64,000 nt of DNA. It comes from Marsupella aquatica. Taxonomy: Eukaryota > Plantae > Marchantiophyta. The position numbers and the translations under genes were made by a program. The notes under the pieces were generated by a model. It was not told where the DNA came from, ran no database searches, and saw nothing but the letters and a program-made list of their open reading frames with translations. Below are positions 27,977 through 39,926 of the stretch, piece by piece. Location: contig OZ316894.1 in assembly GCA_973895155.1 (NCBI GenBank), positions 23,806,709 through 23,870,708 of the forward strand, in the 5' to 3' direction. How positions within the stretch are numbered: position 1 is the first letter of the stretch; every line of letters starts with the position of its first letter.

Positions 27977-28861
27977 TGGACGTATTCCGGGAAGTTTTGC
28001 CGTGCACTACCACCCACGGTGGTATTTTGATTCTGAGCTTCACAATTACTCTATTATTGATTTTTCATGCCCAGCATTCTTTGGGCTACTTCAGCCTAGA
28101 TCATTTGGCCTTGTAGCCTCTCAGTCCTTGTGGAAATCACTTCTACGCCATGTGGGAAATCCACATTTTCCTGTTTGTGTTCTACAGCTCGAGTCTTGCC
28201 TATCCCTCCACACCCCATATTAGGATATCCACTGGGCAATGACTATTGAATAAAGACGGGAAGAATTGATGGGAGATTTGCAGCCAAATGATGGATCTCC
28301 CATCTCTAAGTTGCATATCTGGTAAACGAGATGATGTGCTCAGTCGTCGAGAATTTTGCCATGATTTATGACGTGGTTCAGTTGGCATGTGTGAGTGAGT
28401 GAGTGAGTCTGATCTTGCTCACACAATGATCATACGGAGACTAACAAGGTGTCATGATAAATACAGAATTTGGTACTCAGTCAACGAAGAGCACGATTGA
28501 ATTGTATCAATAATTTGGTGGTAATGGCATCGATGTAACGACAATCTCTGTAACTCGAGTTTTTCCTGTGAAGATACAGGTGTCAGTCACTGAGCGTCTT
28601 TGACTTCTTCTAGATGAGGACATAACAAGATAATATCGGCAAACTTGCTAACTTTGTCAGTCCAGTCTTGTAGGTAGTTAAAGCTTGTAAAGTGACCCCT
28701 GAACGTCATCGAGTGTGCAGCAGACTTGCAGATGTTCTTCCAGCCTGTCTTAAACTTGTGCGGGGTAGAACACTAAGCCAAAAATCATCTTGTTATCACT
28801 TACCTGCAAATCTGGGTGAACTTGAAATGAAGATACCATCAAAGCCCACGTCCAATCAAGG

Positions 28862-31800
28862 TCACTCACAAGCGATCTTGTAGTCTAGACTCGTGAGACA
28901 TATCGCGAATGCCTGTCACCAGATTCCCAATTTATGATTCGCCGTGGCAGGGCACACGTCAAAGGAATCATTCAGCGAAAGGGAGATTGAACTGTTGTCC
29001 AGAATATTGGACCCCTAAAGGCCTTCCAGAACACAAAAGCTATTGCAAATATTTCTAGTAGAGCAGGAACTGGATTACTGTAAGAACAAACCTGTAAAGC
29101 CGACATTGGATGTTGATAGTCTAAATTGTACGCATCATGACCAACCTGCAATTGAGAGGAAGGAGCTCAGCGACAGCCTAAAATAATTTTCTTCTAGATG
29201 GTATCTGCGGTCCAATATCCTGGACACTAGGCAGAAGGAGAATCTGAAAGCAACTAGATCTCAGTGCATTAACTGTCCTCCAAATGAACATTTTCGTCCT
29301 GAACTCTTGAAATGCTATTTATAAGTACTGTGCTTGAATAGCAAATGCACAAAATTTTCACTATTTCTACTATGTGATGATCGATATCTCAGAGGATTCC
29401 TATTTAAACATTTGAAGGCTGTAGTGCTACGTAGTTTCTAAAAAGTGTTTCCGGCTCTCCAGATTACTTCGTAATCATCAGATTACTTCACATTCAGCAG
29501 ATACCAAGCATTCCAGAAATGAAATGAAACATTTAGAGTGTGGACCCAACCTTCCCAAATTGCAAAACTACACTCTCTGGATCTGTATCCGTAACCAGCT
29601 GCACAACAAACATTGCAAGACAATCTTCATGTCGAACCACGAGCGTCATACAAGGACAATCACAGTGGCAAGTACAGATAACTTTGAAAAGGAAAGAGAA
29701 CGCCTTTATAATCTGTTGAAGCCTCCTCTTTTTCGAGAAAAGAAAATTGTCACTCCTTTGAAATCTGTTTCATGAAAAAACTTTAGGTAGATTTTTGAAC
29801 GAGGACGGGATTGTGCTCTCGCCAAAACATTCACTAGACGGTAGCTGGACCAGAGACTGTTATACCTGAAAATTCTTTACCGAAGGTTGAGTTACTCGGC
29901 CGCGGAAATTGAGACAAAAAGCATTGAGCTACATACCAAATAGAGGCAACTTATCCATTAGTCGGATACTTCACTGACTTTAATGACATTTGAGTTCTTC
30001 CCCATCAAGCTGGACAGACATCATTGTTCGATGTGAATTGGTCCGAAAGACGTTTTGGGCCTGAGCCACTCATTTGCAAATACAGCTTAGCTGCAGACTC
30101 TAATCTCTTCAGCACATTAGAGTAAGGAAATTAGAAAACATTGCTTCGCAAAAGTGTACTCTGTTCAAAATCAAATAGTTACGTTTGCGAATACTAGTTG
30201 ATGAGTTATACAATCTCCGTTCATGCAACTCTACAATTCATCCTTGTAAAGTCAAAATGAGCAATGCAAACCTCGTTGTTCCACTGTGGTTTCTTGCTGT
30301 GCATGACCAACATTTGGCGTTGGTCATGGCCACTTCGATACTTAGTAAGCATGGTATGCGATTCGTTTGGCAAAATTTGCTGAAACACGAAAGGCTTGCC
30401 ATCTTCAGGGCGTAGAGATGGGATGATGGCGGTTAACTTTCGTGGTCCTCTTAGTCCTAAGATATTTTTGGAGTAAGTCACAGCTCCCAACTCGCTTCTT
30501 TGTTTCAACCTGATGCACATCAACTACAATTCATAGTGTTCATATGGTACTCATTCCCCCTTGCAAATCAAATGTCATTTTGCTTGACTGAAATAAGATT
30601 GGTCCTAGCTTCGTGGATAAGTAAAACAGACAGCGTGTAGAGAGAATAAATAGTTTTCAACCTCTTTCCTACGGGTAGGAGGTTCCTCTTCGTGTAGGTA
30701 AAAACATATGAAATGGCTTATGAGTGAAATTGAAGCTAACCATATGGATTTCCTAGGTTTCTCTCGAGCCCCTTTGTCATAGAACCAGAAATCTGTACCT
30801 AGGAAATTTGATTGAACCTGGATGTACAAAAATGTTACAGCATACAAAATTTTAGACAAGCTTCAAAATCAACCTAATTGCATTTCGGAAACTTTAGCAC
30901 GACGTGATCATTCCATAATTTCGATTGTACGAGTACCCCTCAAAACAGTTATCAGCATGCCCTTACCATTCGCATCCCTTTCGCAAGATCTCTCGTGAAA
31001 ATCATGTTACATTAGCTAGTTTTTGTCATGTGGAGCTAATTTGTCTGCATAGAAAGTGGCATGGTTGCAGTAGTAGAGACTAGCCGGCCTTTCCAAAGAA
31101 GTTTCCAGTCTTCCTTGATATGTCATCCTGGTCAAGAGAAATGATGTAGTTGCTCCGAATGGTTGTCTTGCGTTTCCGAGCAGACAGCAAGAAGCGATCT
31201 CCGTTCGTGAAATACAACTCGTACCTACTCCCATCCATAAATGCATCAGGAGAAGCTGCTGAGTTTAGAGCCTCAATTTGAAAGTTACAAATTCATGCCA
31301 TACTTATGAAGAAATGTTATCGTTTTTAGGCACTGGACCAGAGCAATTGACATTGTTGGTTTTGGACCTCTTGCCCACTATCAATAACTCCCTAGAATCA
31401 ATCCCTTGTTTTTAAAAGAATATAGAATGACTATGAAAGCCGAAGGTAATGGTGCAAAACATCAGAAATTGGATTCAATTCTTGTCACATCTGGGGCTAT
31501 CGGCACGGCATGTTTGTTTCATGGTTTTGAAGGAACAAATGAATGTATTGTACATTGTATCTTCCCCCAAAGGCGACCGAGGGAGAGTTTTAGATGACCT
31601 AGGGAAAAGCCAATCTACACGGAACCGCCTGCGAACGTAGCACTGAATTGGCCCACAACCTCTTGGCGCAGGACAAGAGACAAACGTTCGCACATCTGAA
31701 AGGTCGATCTCCGACACGTTAGGCACACCATCACTACTCCAACCTTCAGGTTGATAAATTGGGGTGATCCCATGTTCCAATAGTTGTCTCTCCAGATCCT

Positions 31801-32571
31801 ACACAATGTGCCTATGGTCAGTTTGTACGCAAAACATTTTAAGCTAAGCTGAACCTCCTGCTTGGGTATCATATAGCTTTCCCACACAATGTGGCTTGCC
31901 AATAAAATTCGATCCGTAACAATCCTTAAACTCATGGAATGTTTTAACTGTGATCGTCTCCGAGCGTTTAACGAGGAGCCTCCTTTTACGATGAGAGCAA
32001 TCTACTGCCTTGAAAAAAATGCTAAAGTTACTCATCTTCAAGCCCTGACAATCTACTGCCTTGAAACAAATGCTGAAGTTACTGATCATCAAGCTGAGGT
32101 GATATTACAGTAACCCTAAATGACGGATTCGCTCATGCTTATCAAAACGTGAGTGATTTGCCTAACATTGTACTCATTGTACTCATTGGAGATGAAGGAA
32201 AGCACGACCCTAACAAATTTAATGCATAAAATTTGTTGTCCAGATTTATATTAGAACAGAAGTTGAATTCAAGGCAAAAGCTTTTCCTCAACCGAAGAAT
32301 TTACGTGTTCCACTACTAGAGACTCGAACTTTCTCTCTTTTCTAGAGCTGTCATAAAAAATAGTTACCCTCTCTCTGGACCCAGCTGAGTTGCTAAGATC
32401 CCTGGGCGTATTGAGGCGGCCAGTCGTGGGAGTTCCGTTGGTGAAATCCCTTGGCGTAACAATACGGCCCGTCATGGGAGTTCCAATCCGTGGTGTGGCA
32501 AGTGGCGTAAGTGGCACCAAACGGTTGGGCCATTGTTGCAAACTCTGGTCCCCGCTCTGGTCCTGATTCAA
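28862..32571 (-). CDS. Tubby-domain protein (TUB/TULP-like), multi-exon, no F-box seen; 5' end uncertain
   Basis: Exons: DLERQLLEHGITPIYQP...DLSDVRTFVSCPAPRGCGPIQCYVR (from 31798); YELYFTNGDRFLLSARKRKTTIRSNYIISLDQDDISRKTGNFFGK; VQSNFLGTDFWFYDKG; ELGAVTYSKNILGLRGPRKLTAIIP...SKKPQWNNE; AQCFCLNFRGRVTQPSVKNFQ; LVTDTDPESVVLQFGK; VGHDAYNLDYQHPMSALQ; AFAICLTSLDYKIACE* (28862-28912). Confidence 0.88.
31998..32097 (+). repeat. ~51-bp tandem duplication within the Tubby gene region
   Basis: caatctactgccttgaaa(a/c)aaatgct(a/g)aagttact occurs twice. Confidence 0.8.
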
Positions 32572-33507
32572 TTAAACAACGTCTAAACTCTCTAATTGAC
32601 AAATAAAAGCCACCAGGCATGTTCTTCAACACATCTCGGACTTGTTCTCTTGTTGTAATGACGAAGGGTAAGAGCTTATTGTACTGAATTGAAGGAAAGA
32701 TAATGATCATGCTTAGCATGAAAGTTTGATACCGATTGAGCCCGATGCTTTGTGGCTATGCTAAGTGTGAGCAATCCACCACAACCCAGTACAATCACAA
32801 GAGATGCAAGAACTCTGTGCCAAATTGAAACCATGCAGAGATGACCAAGTTACGGAAACAAAGGATGTGCGATTCTTCCAAGTGAACTAGAACTCTAAGG
32901 AAACTTGAAAATTTACTTTGATGAATGCTTTGGTACACAAATCCAAGAGAATCAGTTGATGCAAAAGACAAATTTTAGAGGAGAAGAGTGAAAGAGCTAG
33001 AGAAGTTGTATAATTGCTGCACGAAAAGTGATGAGAGGCCAACATGTGTGAAGAAAAGAAGTGAAGAAATGAAAGAATTGATCGCAAGAGAAGAGTTGGA
33101 GGAACAATTTGTTCAACAAAATTTGAGTAGGACCTGACTGGTAGTTGAACTTTTGGCTGTGTATCGACTACGTAAACTATCAGGGTGGGGAAACATCTTT
33201 TAAGTGCTTGCGGCCCCTCCAACTTTCTCAAGGGCCTTCGATCCCACAAGATTCACTTGAGCACTTTGAACTTAGATGCATTTTGTAGAATTGGCCGTGT
33301 TCTCGTTTTTTTCCTGCCTCTATTTATCTAGAGACAGAGAAACAGCTGGTAGAGACAAAAAGAAGCGAAATAAACATAAGTGTTTTAGTGCAAAACACAC
33401 CACTTTCTCGTGTTACAGCTAGCAACTACTTTAGCCAACCCTAACACTAACCTATGTGGTCAATCTCATCATTGCTCATCTATGATATATCAAGTTTGCT
33501 CACATTA

Positions 33508-33807
33508 ACCAACTGGCTGTGGTCAGTTGGCCAGGGGATGAGCCTAGAACTAGAGGGCCCAGGTTCAATCCCCCCTCCACATGCAAGGGTTGTGGAGGGT
33601 GAGTGTGTGTGTGGGTGGGGTGTAGTGTGGTGGGAGTATTGGTTTTTCTTCAGCCCTGGCTGGTCCACTTTGGGCTCTGGTCCAACCCTCTCTCCCTCCT
33701 GGTCCTGGGTATGACCCCCCTTGTGGGCTACCCTACAGAGGTGCATGCTCTGGAGTTGATGGTCTATCCTCTGTTGGATTGGTCAGCTTTCGATTTCAAG
33801 GCAAAAA
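33508..33807 (+). mobile_element. tRNA-derived SINE with 16-bp target-site duplication
   Basis: Pol III A-box-like tggtcagttgg at 33520-33530 and B-box ggttcaatccc at 33562-33572. A-tail at 33803-33807. Flanking direct repeat aagtttgctcacatta at 33492-33507 and 33808-33823. Confidence 0.85.
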
Positions 33808-34905
33808 AAGTTTGCTCACATTATCTGGAGGAGGGGGGATTGTGGGACTGGAGGCATTGTTGGTAGTAGGTCCATTCACTACCAACATCTTAAATATTGA
33901 GTGATAACGTATGATACTGATAGTTTACTCGATATAACGAGTAGCAAGATGGGAGGACGAGTGGGATATAGGATGGAAACATATGTGGGAGTTTGATCTG
34001 TCCACCCACGGGAATACCTGTATCTGGCGGGGGCTGGTGGGGGGCTCTTCACAGGCACCAGGGCTTTGGAGCTAGAGATTGGTGTCCCGGACTGCAAGCT
34101 TTGTCTGGGCATGGTGGAATATATCTCGCAGATTTTCTTTCAGTGTTTACGCGCATGCCATTGCTGGGGCCTTATGCAGTGGTGCTTGTGTGGGAGCTTT
34201 TTGGTGTGCATTCTGGGCTTGCTGTACTAGACTCAGCAGTGGGGATATAATATGTTCATTCTATTTGCATCTTCTTGTTATACCAAGTCGTGTGGTTCCT
34301 ACTGACATAAGCACTGGCATAGGGGCTACCTTGAGTAGGTGGAGCATAGTAGGCTCGTCCCTTTTTATGGAACTTAGGGGCTGTGCCCTTGCGGCAGGGC
34401 ATGGGCCTCAGGATGACTTTCAGATTGAGTGGGCACCTACTCTATGGCATTGAACACTGCCAGGGGTTGGGGGGTCCTTGTTTTGCTTTGGCCGGTGGTG
34501 GTCTGGTCTGCTGTTCTGAATGATGTGCCCTTTTGGGCTGTTTGCCTGCTGCCTGTTTGGCTTCTTATCATCTATGGGGTTTGCCGGGAAGAAATTTCAT
34601 ATGTAATAAAAATTTCAGACAAAAATGACATTCTGCAATTTGAAAAAAAACAAACTTTAGCATGTCCCCTTGGCATTGAGTTACCATATAAGTAACTACT
34701 GTAGTACATCACATGTGCCTTTGTAGTACTTAGTAATGTCCTTCATTTCAACTAAAGTGTGCAAGCTACAGTAGATGAAATCTCCCCATGATAATCACCA
34801 AACTATTTTCTTTCAATATATACTGGAATATGGGATTCTTCTAACATTTTGTACATTCAAGCAGATTGCAAATTGAGAGTGAAATTGATGAGGTATAGGC
34901 TTAAT

Positions 34906-35857
34906 GGGACCCTTGCCAAAACAAATTTCGGTGATGGGGCCCTACAAAATTTTGTTACAAACTAGGCCCTTCAATGTTACAAACTAGGCCCCCTAGGACT
35001 TCAGTATATATGGTTCTTAAGTGGTAATCAATTGCATGGTCAACCGTACATTTCCCACCGACTTCCACCGCATGCTGCATGTAAGTCCACGTGTGTAAGT
35101 CTATGCTTGAAGACATTTGAAGACATAATGGATTATGTATTCACATTATTATAGAGTTTTAGGGGATCTGTCGCTACATTATAGTGGGTTTGTAAAATAC
35201 TTAGTCTAGTTCTTGCAGGCTAGCAAAATTTTCTTGTTATGATGGATTCTATGTTGTCTTTGTTTCACGAACACTTAGACAATTTTGAAAGTTGCAAAAA
35301 GGCAAACAACCAAAAGTAATAGATACTTGGTTCCTTCCATATTTAGTAGAAAAGTTTGGGGTCTAGATGTGAAAAGAAAACATACATTTTGTCTTGGTTC
35401 CACACTTAGGCAATTTTTGAAAGTTGTAGTATGGGCCAATGGTCAAAAGTAGAGTATTACTTAGACAAAAGAACAACAAGAAATGTTAAAACATCATGCA
35501 AACCTAAGGATGGTCAATATGTAGAAATTCAAACCTGAAAACACAAACCATATTGTCTTGACATATTGCAGTTTGCACATATTGCAGTTTGCACCAGGGT
35601 CGCCCACTACTCCACAATTCCCCCCCACAATGTAGTTTATCATTCACTATGGATTGACTCTAAAATTTACAGTAGCTTGTATTGGTGGTAGCTCTTATTG
35701 GAACTGACACTTTGAGTGGGTCTAGTTTGAAAGTTTTAGTGGTAGCTCTTATTGGAACTGACACTTTGAGTGGGTCTAGTTTGAAAGTTTTAGGGGGGCT
35801 AGTTTGTAACATAAGTTTCATAAGGGCTATCAGTTAAATTTGGTTTGGTAGGGGTTC
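34906..35857. mobile_element. Mutator-like MITE (imperfect ~60-bp TIRs)
   Basis: ggacccttgccaaaacaaatttcggtgatggggccctacaaaattttgttacaaactaggccc versus the reverse complement of the right end, gaacccctaccaaaccaaatttaactgatagcccttatgaaacttatgttacaaactagcccc. Internal 54-bp tandem duplication at 35684-35792. TSD not found. Confidence 0.6.
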
Positions 35858-35912
35858 TGTCTCGCTCTAGAAACTTGGTTTTCTCAAATTCGACTCGGAA
35901 ACGCACAGCTGC

Positions 35913-37352
35913 TCAAACAGTGAACTCGATGTCGCTGGACTGCCCGGCTATGTCCGGCCTTTTGGCGAAAACGTTCAGGTATGTGGCGTCGGGAAGCACT
36001 CCCGACGGACCACCAGGTTTAGTCCAGTGCAGATCCACGTACTCGCCCACAATCTGGCCGACTTTGGCGCCAGCCATGGCAGAAATGTTGAAATGGTGAC
36101 CCGCGTAAATGCGGCCGAGCTCCGCATCTTTCACTACCGCGCTCAGCGAAGCATACGTTCTAGGCCCGATGGCAGAACTCGATGTATCGCACACGGGGCC
36201 AGCGTTGCCTCCGACGACGCTGAAAGGCTTCACCGCCATTCCATTGCGATCAAAATACTGCTGCATTACAGAGGCGCCTGCGGCCGTGATCGACGTCGTG
36301 AGGCTCGGGTACTCGGGATGGAGATTGTACAACACCCATGGTGTCCAGCTTGGAATTGGTGCGTGATCCGGATCCCCAGTCCTGAAGGCGGTCAGCGGGC
36401 GCCAGAACCAGAATGCCCATTGCATGGACGACCCTAATACGGTCGCGTCGTGCATCGCGACGTGCAATTTCGCATACAGCTCAACAGTGTCGTAGAGAGA
36501 GGTTTCCGCGGGTAACAGGGCCAAGAGTGCCGCATCCCAAAATGCTGGCTGAGTGCAGAGGGAGCCCCTCTTCGGCCCTCCGAACCAGAAACTCGCGGCA
36601 TCATCCATCGCTGGGGTGCGCCCTGGCCAATCTACGCGGCCGATGTCCTTGAGCTCGTTGTATTGGATGTCCCATTCCTTCGAGGGCACGGCGGGAGGCC
36701 TGTACTGGCTCAAGAAGAGCTTCCGGAACGCGATAGGGTCGGGCAGGACGTAGGGCTTCGTTTTCCCGACGTGGGAAAAGTACCGGCTTGAAGGTGCGTC
36801 TGAGGTGTTCTGGTACCGATAAATTCCACGTGCAGGATGAGGCTGATCGAGAGCAGCGGTCGCTGCGTCCAATACGAATTCCTTCCCCGGATCGCCGCCC
36901 ACGCGAGTCTGGACGACTCGCAACGCCACCGCCTCGCCTATCTCCCTCGCCACCTTCTTTTGCGAAGCAGAGAGTCCTACTAGCCCTTGGAGCTGCTTCA
37001 GAAGACACGGATCCAAGAGGAGGTCCGTCTCGAAGGTGAGGTATTGCGTGAGCACGGCGCGGCTTGCGTACGCCACCGCAGCCTCTTCTGTAGCGCTGCT
37101 CCCGTCGAGGCCCGTGCTCTTGAGAGCCACGAGAGCATGCCACTGGGCCAGGTGCATCTGGGAATAGTACGTGTTTGCGTCATTGAAAAGAACGCTTCGG
37201 GCGCAGATAATCGAATTGAGCAATGAGTTCCACTGCACCGCTGCATTGTCGATTGTTGCGGCAGTGACCGCGCTACAGTGTAGCAGCAGCAGTGCAGACA
37301 GAGAGAGTAGTGCAAATGTGGACATGCTGGACCACACCGCGCCTGCCTCCAT
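35913..37352 (-). CDS. Secreted vanadium-dependent haloperoxidase-like / PAP2-superfamily protein (bacterial type), 479 aa, intronless CDS
   Basis: N-terminal signal peptide; AAVQWN; EEAAVAYAS; YNELKDIG...RT..M...A.FW; LYAKLHVAMHDA; FWFWRPLTAFR; WTP...HPEYPS; GRIYAGHHF. Noticeably GC-rich compared with the flanks. Confidence 0.85.
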   Translation of the reverse strand: MEAGAVWSSMSTFALLSLSALLLLHCSAVTAATIDNAAVQWNSLLNSIICARSVLFNDANTYYSQMHLAQWHALVALKSTGLDGSSATEEAAVAYASRAVLTQYLTFETDLLLDPCLLKQLQGLVGLSASQKKVAREIGEAVALRVVQTRVGGDPGKEFVLDAATAALDQPHPARGIYRYQNTSDAPSSRYFSHVGKTKPYVLPDPIAFRKLFLSQYRPPAVPSKEWDIQYNELKDIGRVDWPGRTPAMDDAASFWFGGPKRGSLCTQPAFWDAALLALLPAETSLYDTVELYAKLHVAMHDATVLGSSMQWAFWFWRPLTAFRTGDPDHAPIPSWTPWVLYNLHPEYPSLTTSITAAGASVMQQYFDRNGMAVKPFSVVGGNAGPVCDTSSSAIGPRTYASLSAVVKDAELGRIYAGHHFNISAMAGAKVGQIVGEYVDLHWTKPGGPSGVLPDATYLNVFAKRPDIAGQSSDIEFTV

Positions 37353-37977
37353 GATTCACTGCAAGCACAGATACAAGTATTCAGTCTTGAACTAAAACAG
37401 CTGATTTTATGCACAATCTATCCTCATCCCTTCAATTCCCGCTGCAATGTATCATTCACATCTAACTCTCGATCTAAATGCTCCAATTCAAACGATCGAA
37501 GCAAAACTCATTCACAACCATGTAGAACTGGATCCATCTACATGATCCTTCGATACAGCGAGGGTCAAGCAAGACATTCTCATACCAGATCTATTATTAT
37601 GCGCTAACTCAAAGGCGAATGATGTAAGACTCACATGCTGAAGTGGGATCCATCAGATCGCAGAGCGGGGAGCGGCGAATCGGAGCTGACGGGCGAGGGA
37701 TGGATTGCAGATCAGTGACGTCAGTAGCTGGAGCAGCAGCAAAAGTTCAGCGTGGATACACCTTGTTCCAATGTTCCCGCACACTGCGGAGTGCTGACCC
37801 TGCTTTCCCGTTGATTTACGTACTTTGTGGATTGTCTGGCGAGTTGTAATTCCTTGTTTGACCTGTCGACCACCTTCCACGTCGCTTTTGGTGGTCTTCT
37901 TGGCCGCTTACAAAGTCAGATTTAGTACCAACGAAAGGACAACTAATATACTGAAAAAGCGCCGACAAAATATATTA

Positions 37978-38142
37978 TAATTGAACCAGAGAAAAAAGTC
38001 AGATCCATTAGAATATGTGTATCTTGGGTTTTGCATGACTGTGCATGACTGTGCATGACTGTGCATGACGGTGTCTCGAAATTGAACCAGAGAAAAAAGT
38101 CAGATCCATTAAAATAACTTTATCTTTGGTTTTGCATGACTG
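37978..38142 (+). repeat. Direct repeat (aattgaaccagagaaaaaagtcagatccatta x2) flanking (gcatgactgt)x3
   Basis: Seen directly at ~37979 and ~38080, with 10-bp tandem units at 38033-38068. Confidence 0.85.
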
Positions 38143-39926
38143 TGCCCCGAACTTCAATTTATGGGTTGTCAGTTTCCTGGGGGCCAACGAAAAGAACAAG
38201 TTCACCACGCCACACAAGAAACAATCACGTCCAGGCACGGCTGTTACAGCTGCTGGATGCCTGCCATCTCAGTGCCGTGCCGTTCGCTTTGTTATAACTT
38301 GCTATGGAAAAGTACTCCGGGATAAATCGGGCTGCTCTCTCGCAATGGCTGCAATCTACTTTCTTCGAGCTCAAGTTTCCTCTTGACAAAGCGTCCTCGC
38401 TTACACCTGGCAGGACAAGAGGGGAGTTTGTAAAGTTGTCAAATGCCCTCATACAGCATTGATTTCAGGGCAACTAAAGTTGCGGTCTCTTCGATCGTGA
38501 CCCCACTCAGGGGACAATTAAGGTGAAGTCCAATTCTGAGCTCGTCAAAAGACCAGTAATGGCACCGTGCCTTATCGTGAGACTGAAACGCTTCCCCCCT
38601 GTTATGAACGCTATGATCGTCATAGCATGACGGGGATGATCATACCTCTCGTTAAGCCTGCACCTGGAATCACTTCCAAGTCCAGTCGACAATGATCGGT
38701 GTATCATGATCACTGATAGGAGTCAACCGTTCTGCACTCTGCACGTAAAATGAATGTACCAGTAGCATATCTTTTTCCTACAAAATTCAAATTCCTGTTG
38801 TGGAGCCAAATTCCAAGCCATGCAATAGTTGGATATCTACATTGGTTTGGCATCGTTGAACAGCGGCCTCCAATTACGGCCGAGTGAGTCAAGTAGCTAG
38901 AGCGACCTCGAGTCTATAAACCCTAACCCTGTCATCAGCTATGAAACTCGATATTTATTTATGAATAACAAGTCCCTAAAGAAAATTGTGCTGCACATAT
39001 TAGCTGAGACAAATCTGATCGAACTGAACGTGACTGACGGTTGGCCGTGTTCCGTTCCCAACCTCATCACATTGTTCCTCGGATCATAAATAATGATACG
39101 CTCATCTGCTGACCTTTCAAGCAATTTCTGTTCGCCGATCTCCGAAAGGAGCACGCTGATATTGTAACCCAAGTGTATTCATGAATCGTGAATCAGTGTA
39201 TCTGTTCGATGAACGCCCCACCATTTCCTTGACCCCTTGAAGCAGGAATTTGACCCTGGGAATTTGAATCTGCCCTCTCTGTTCGCAGTGTTTTCTGCCT
39301 TGTTTCTAATGAATGGCCATTATGTAAGTAACTATTTCTCTCCAGTCTTTGGATTAGGGATTGATGCCAGATGCCTTCAATGTGTGCAGGTGTCAGTTCT
39401 GGAAAGGGACGGTCAATTCGGCAAACTGGAGGAGCTTATGTGTAGATTCATTTGAACAACATTTCGACCAAGTTCTACAGGAAGATCACTCAGCAGATCG
39501 ATCTTGAAGCAAGCAAACCTCCCCGTAGCAACAACAGAACAGGAATGTTCCAAACCATAGTAGTGTTGACGTTTGCAATGGAAAGCTTGGTTCGATATTC
39601 TTGAATGGAAATTAAAGCTTGATTAGCTTGTTAAGGTTGGTTGTCTGGGGTTACATTCACGCTTTAGATCACTCAAAAATGGACACAGAAGCTCTTTTCC
39701 CACACATTTACATCTCATTAAATATGAAGTCTATATTGTATGGTCTGTATCCAATCAAGTTTGCCTGCAGCAGAGCTTTGCGTAATGTTTGGGATATCGG
39801 TAACAGCCTTCCGAATATCTGGTCTCCCCACTACACGGATCGACTATATATATATGGTTGATTTTGTATCCCATTAAGGGATACCACAGGTCCTTTGCTG
39901 TATATAAGTAATGAAAGAGTAATATG

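Noticed and set aside
33512-33580. tRNA gene
   Set aside because: No proper cloverleaf, and it is embedded in a unit with an A-tail and TSD, so it is a SINE head.
36027-37414. Overlapping alternative-frame and antisense ORFs over the haloperoxidase-like gene (similar ones over the mannosidase and gag-pol)
   Set aside because: Expected shadows of GC-rich coding sequence with no recognisable motifs.
38918-38931. Telomere-like/telo-box aaaccctaaccct (also tagggttagggttt near 19286)
   Set aside because: Only two units, not linked to an identifiable promoter, and can arise by chance.
38500-39200. Possible minus-strand gene fragments
   Set aside because: No recognisable motifs or consistent splice structure could be built.
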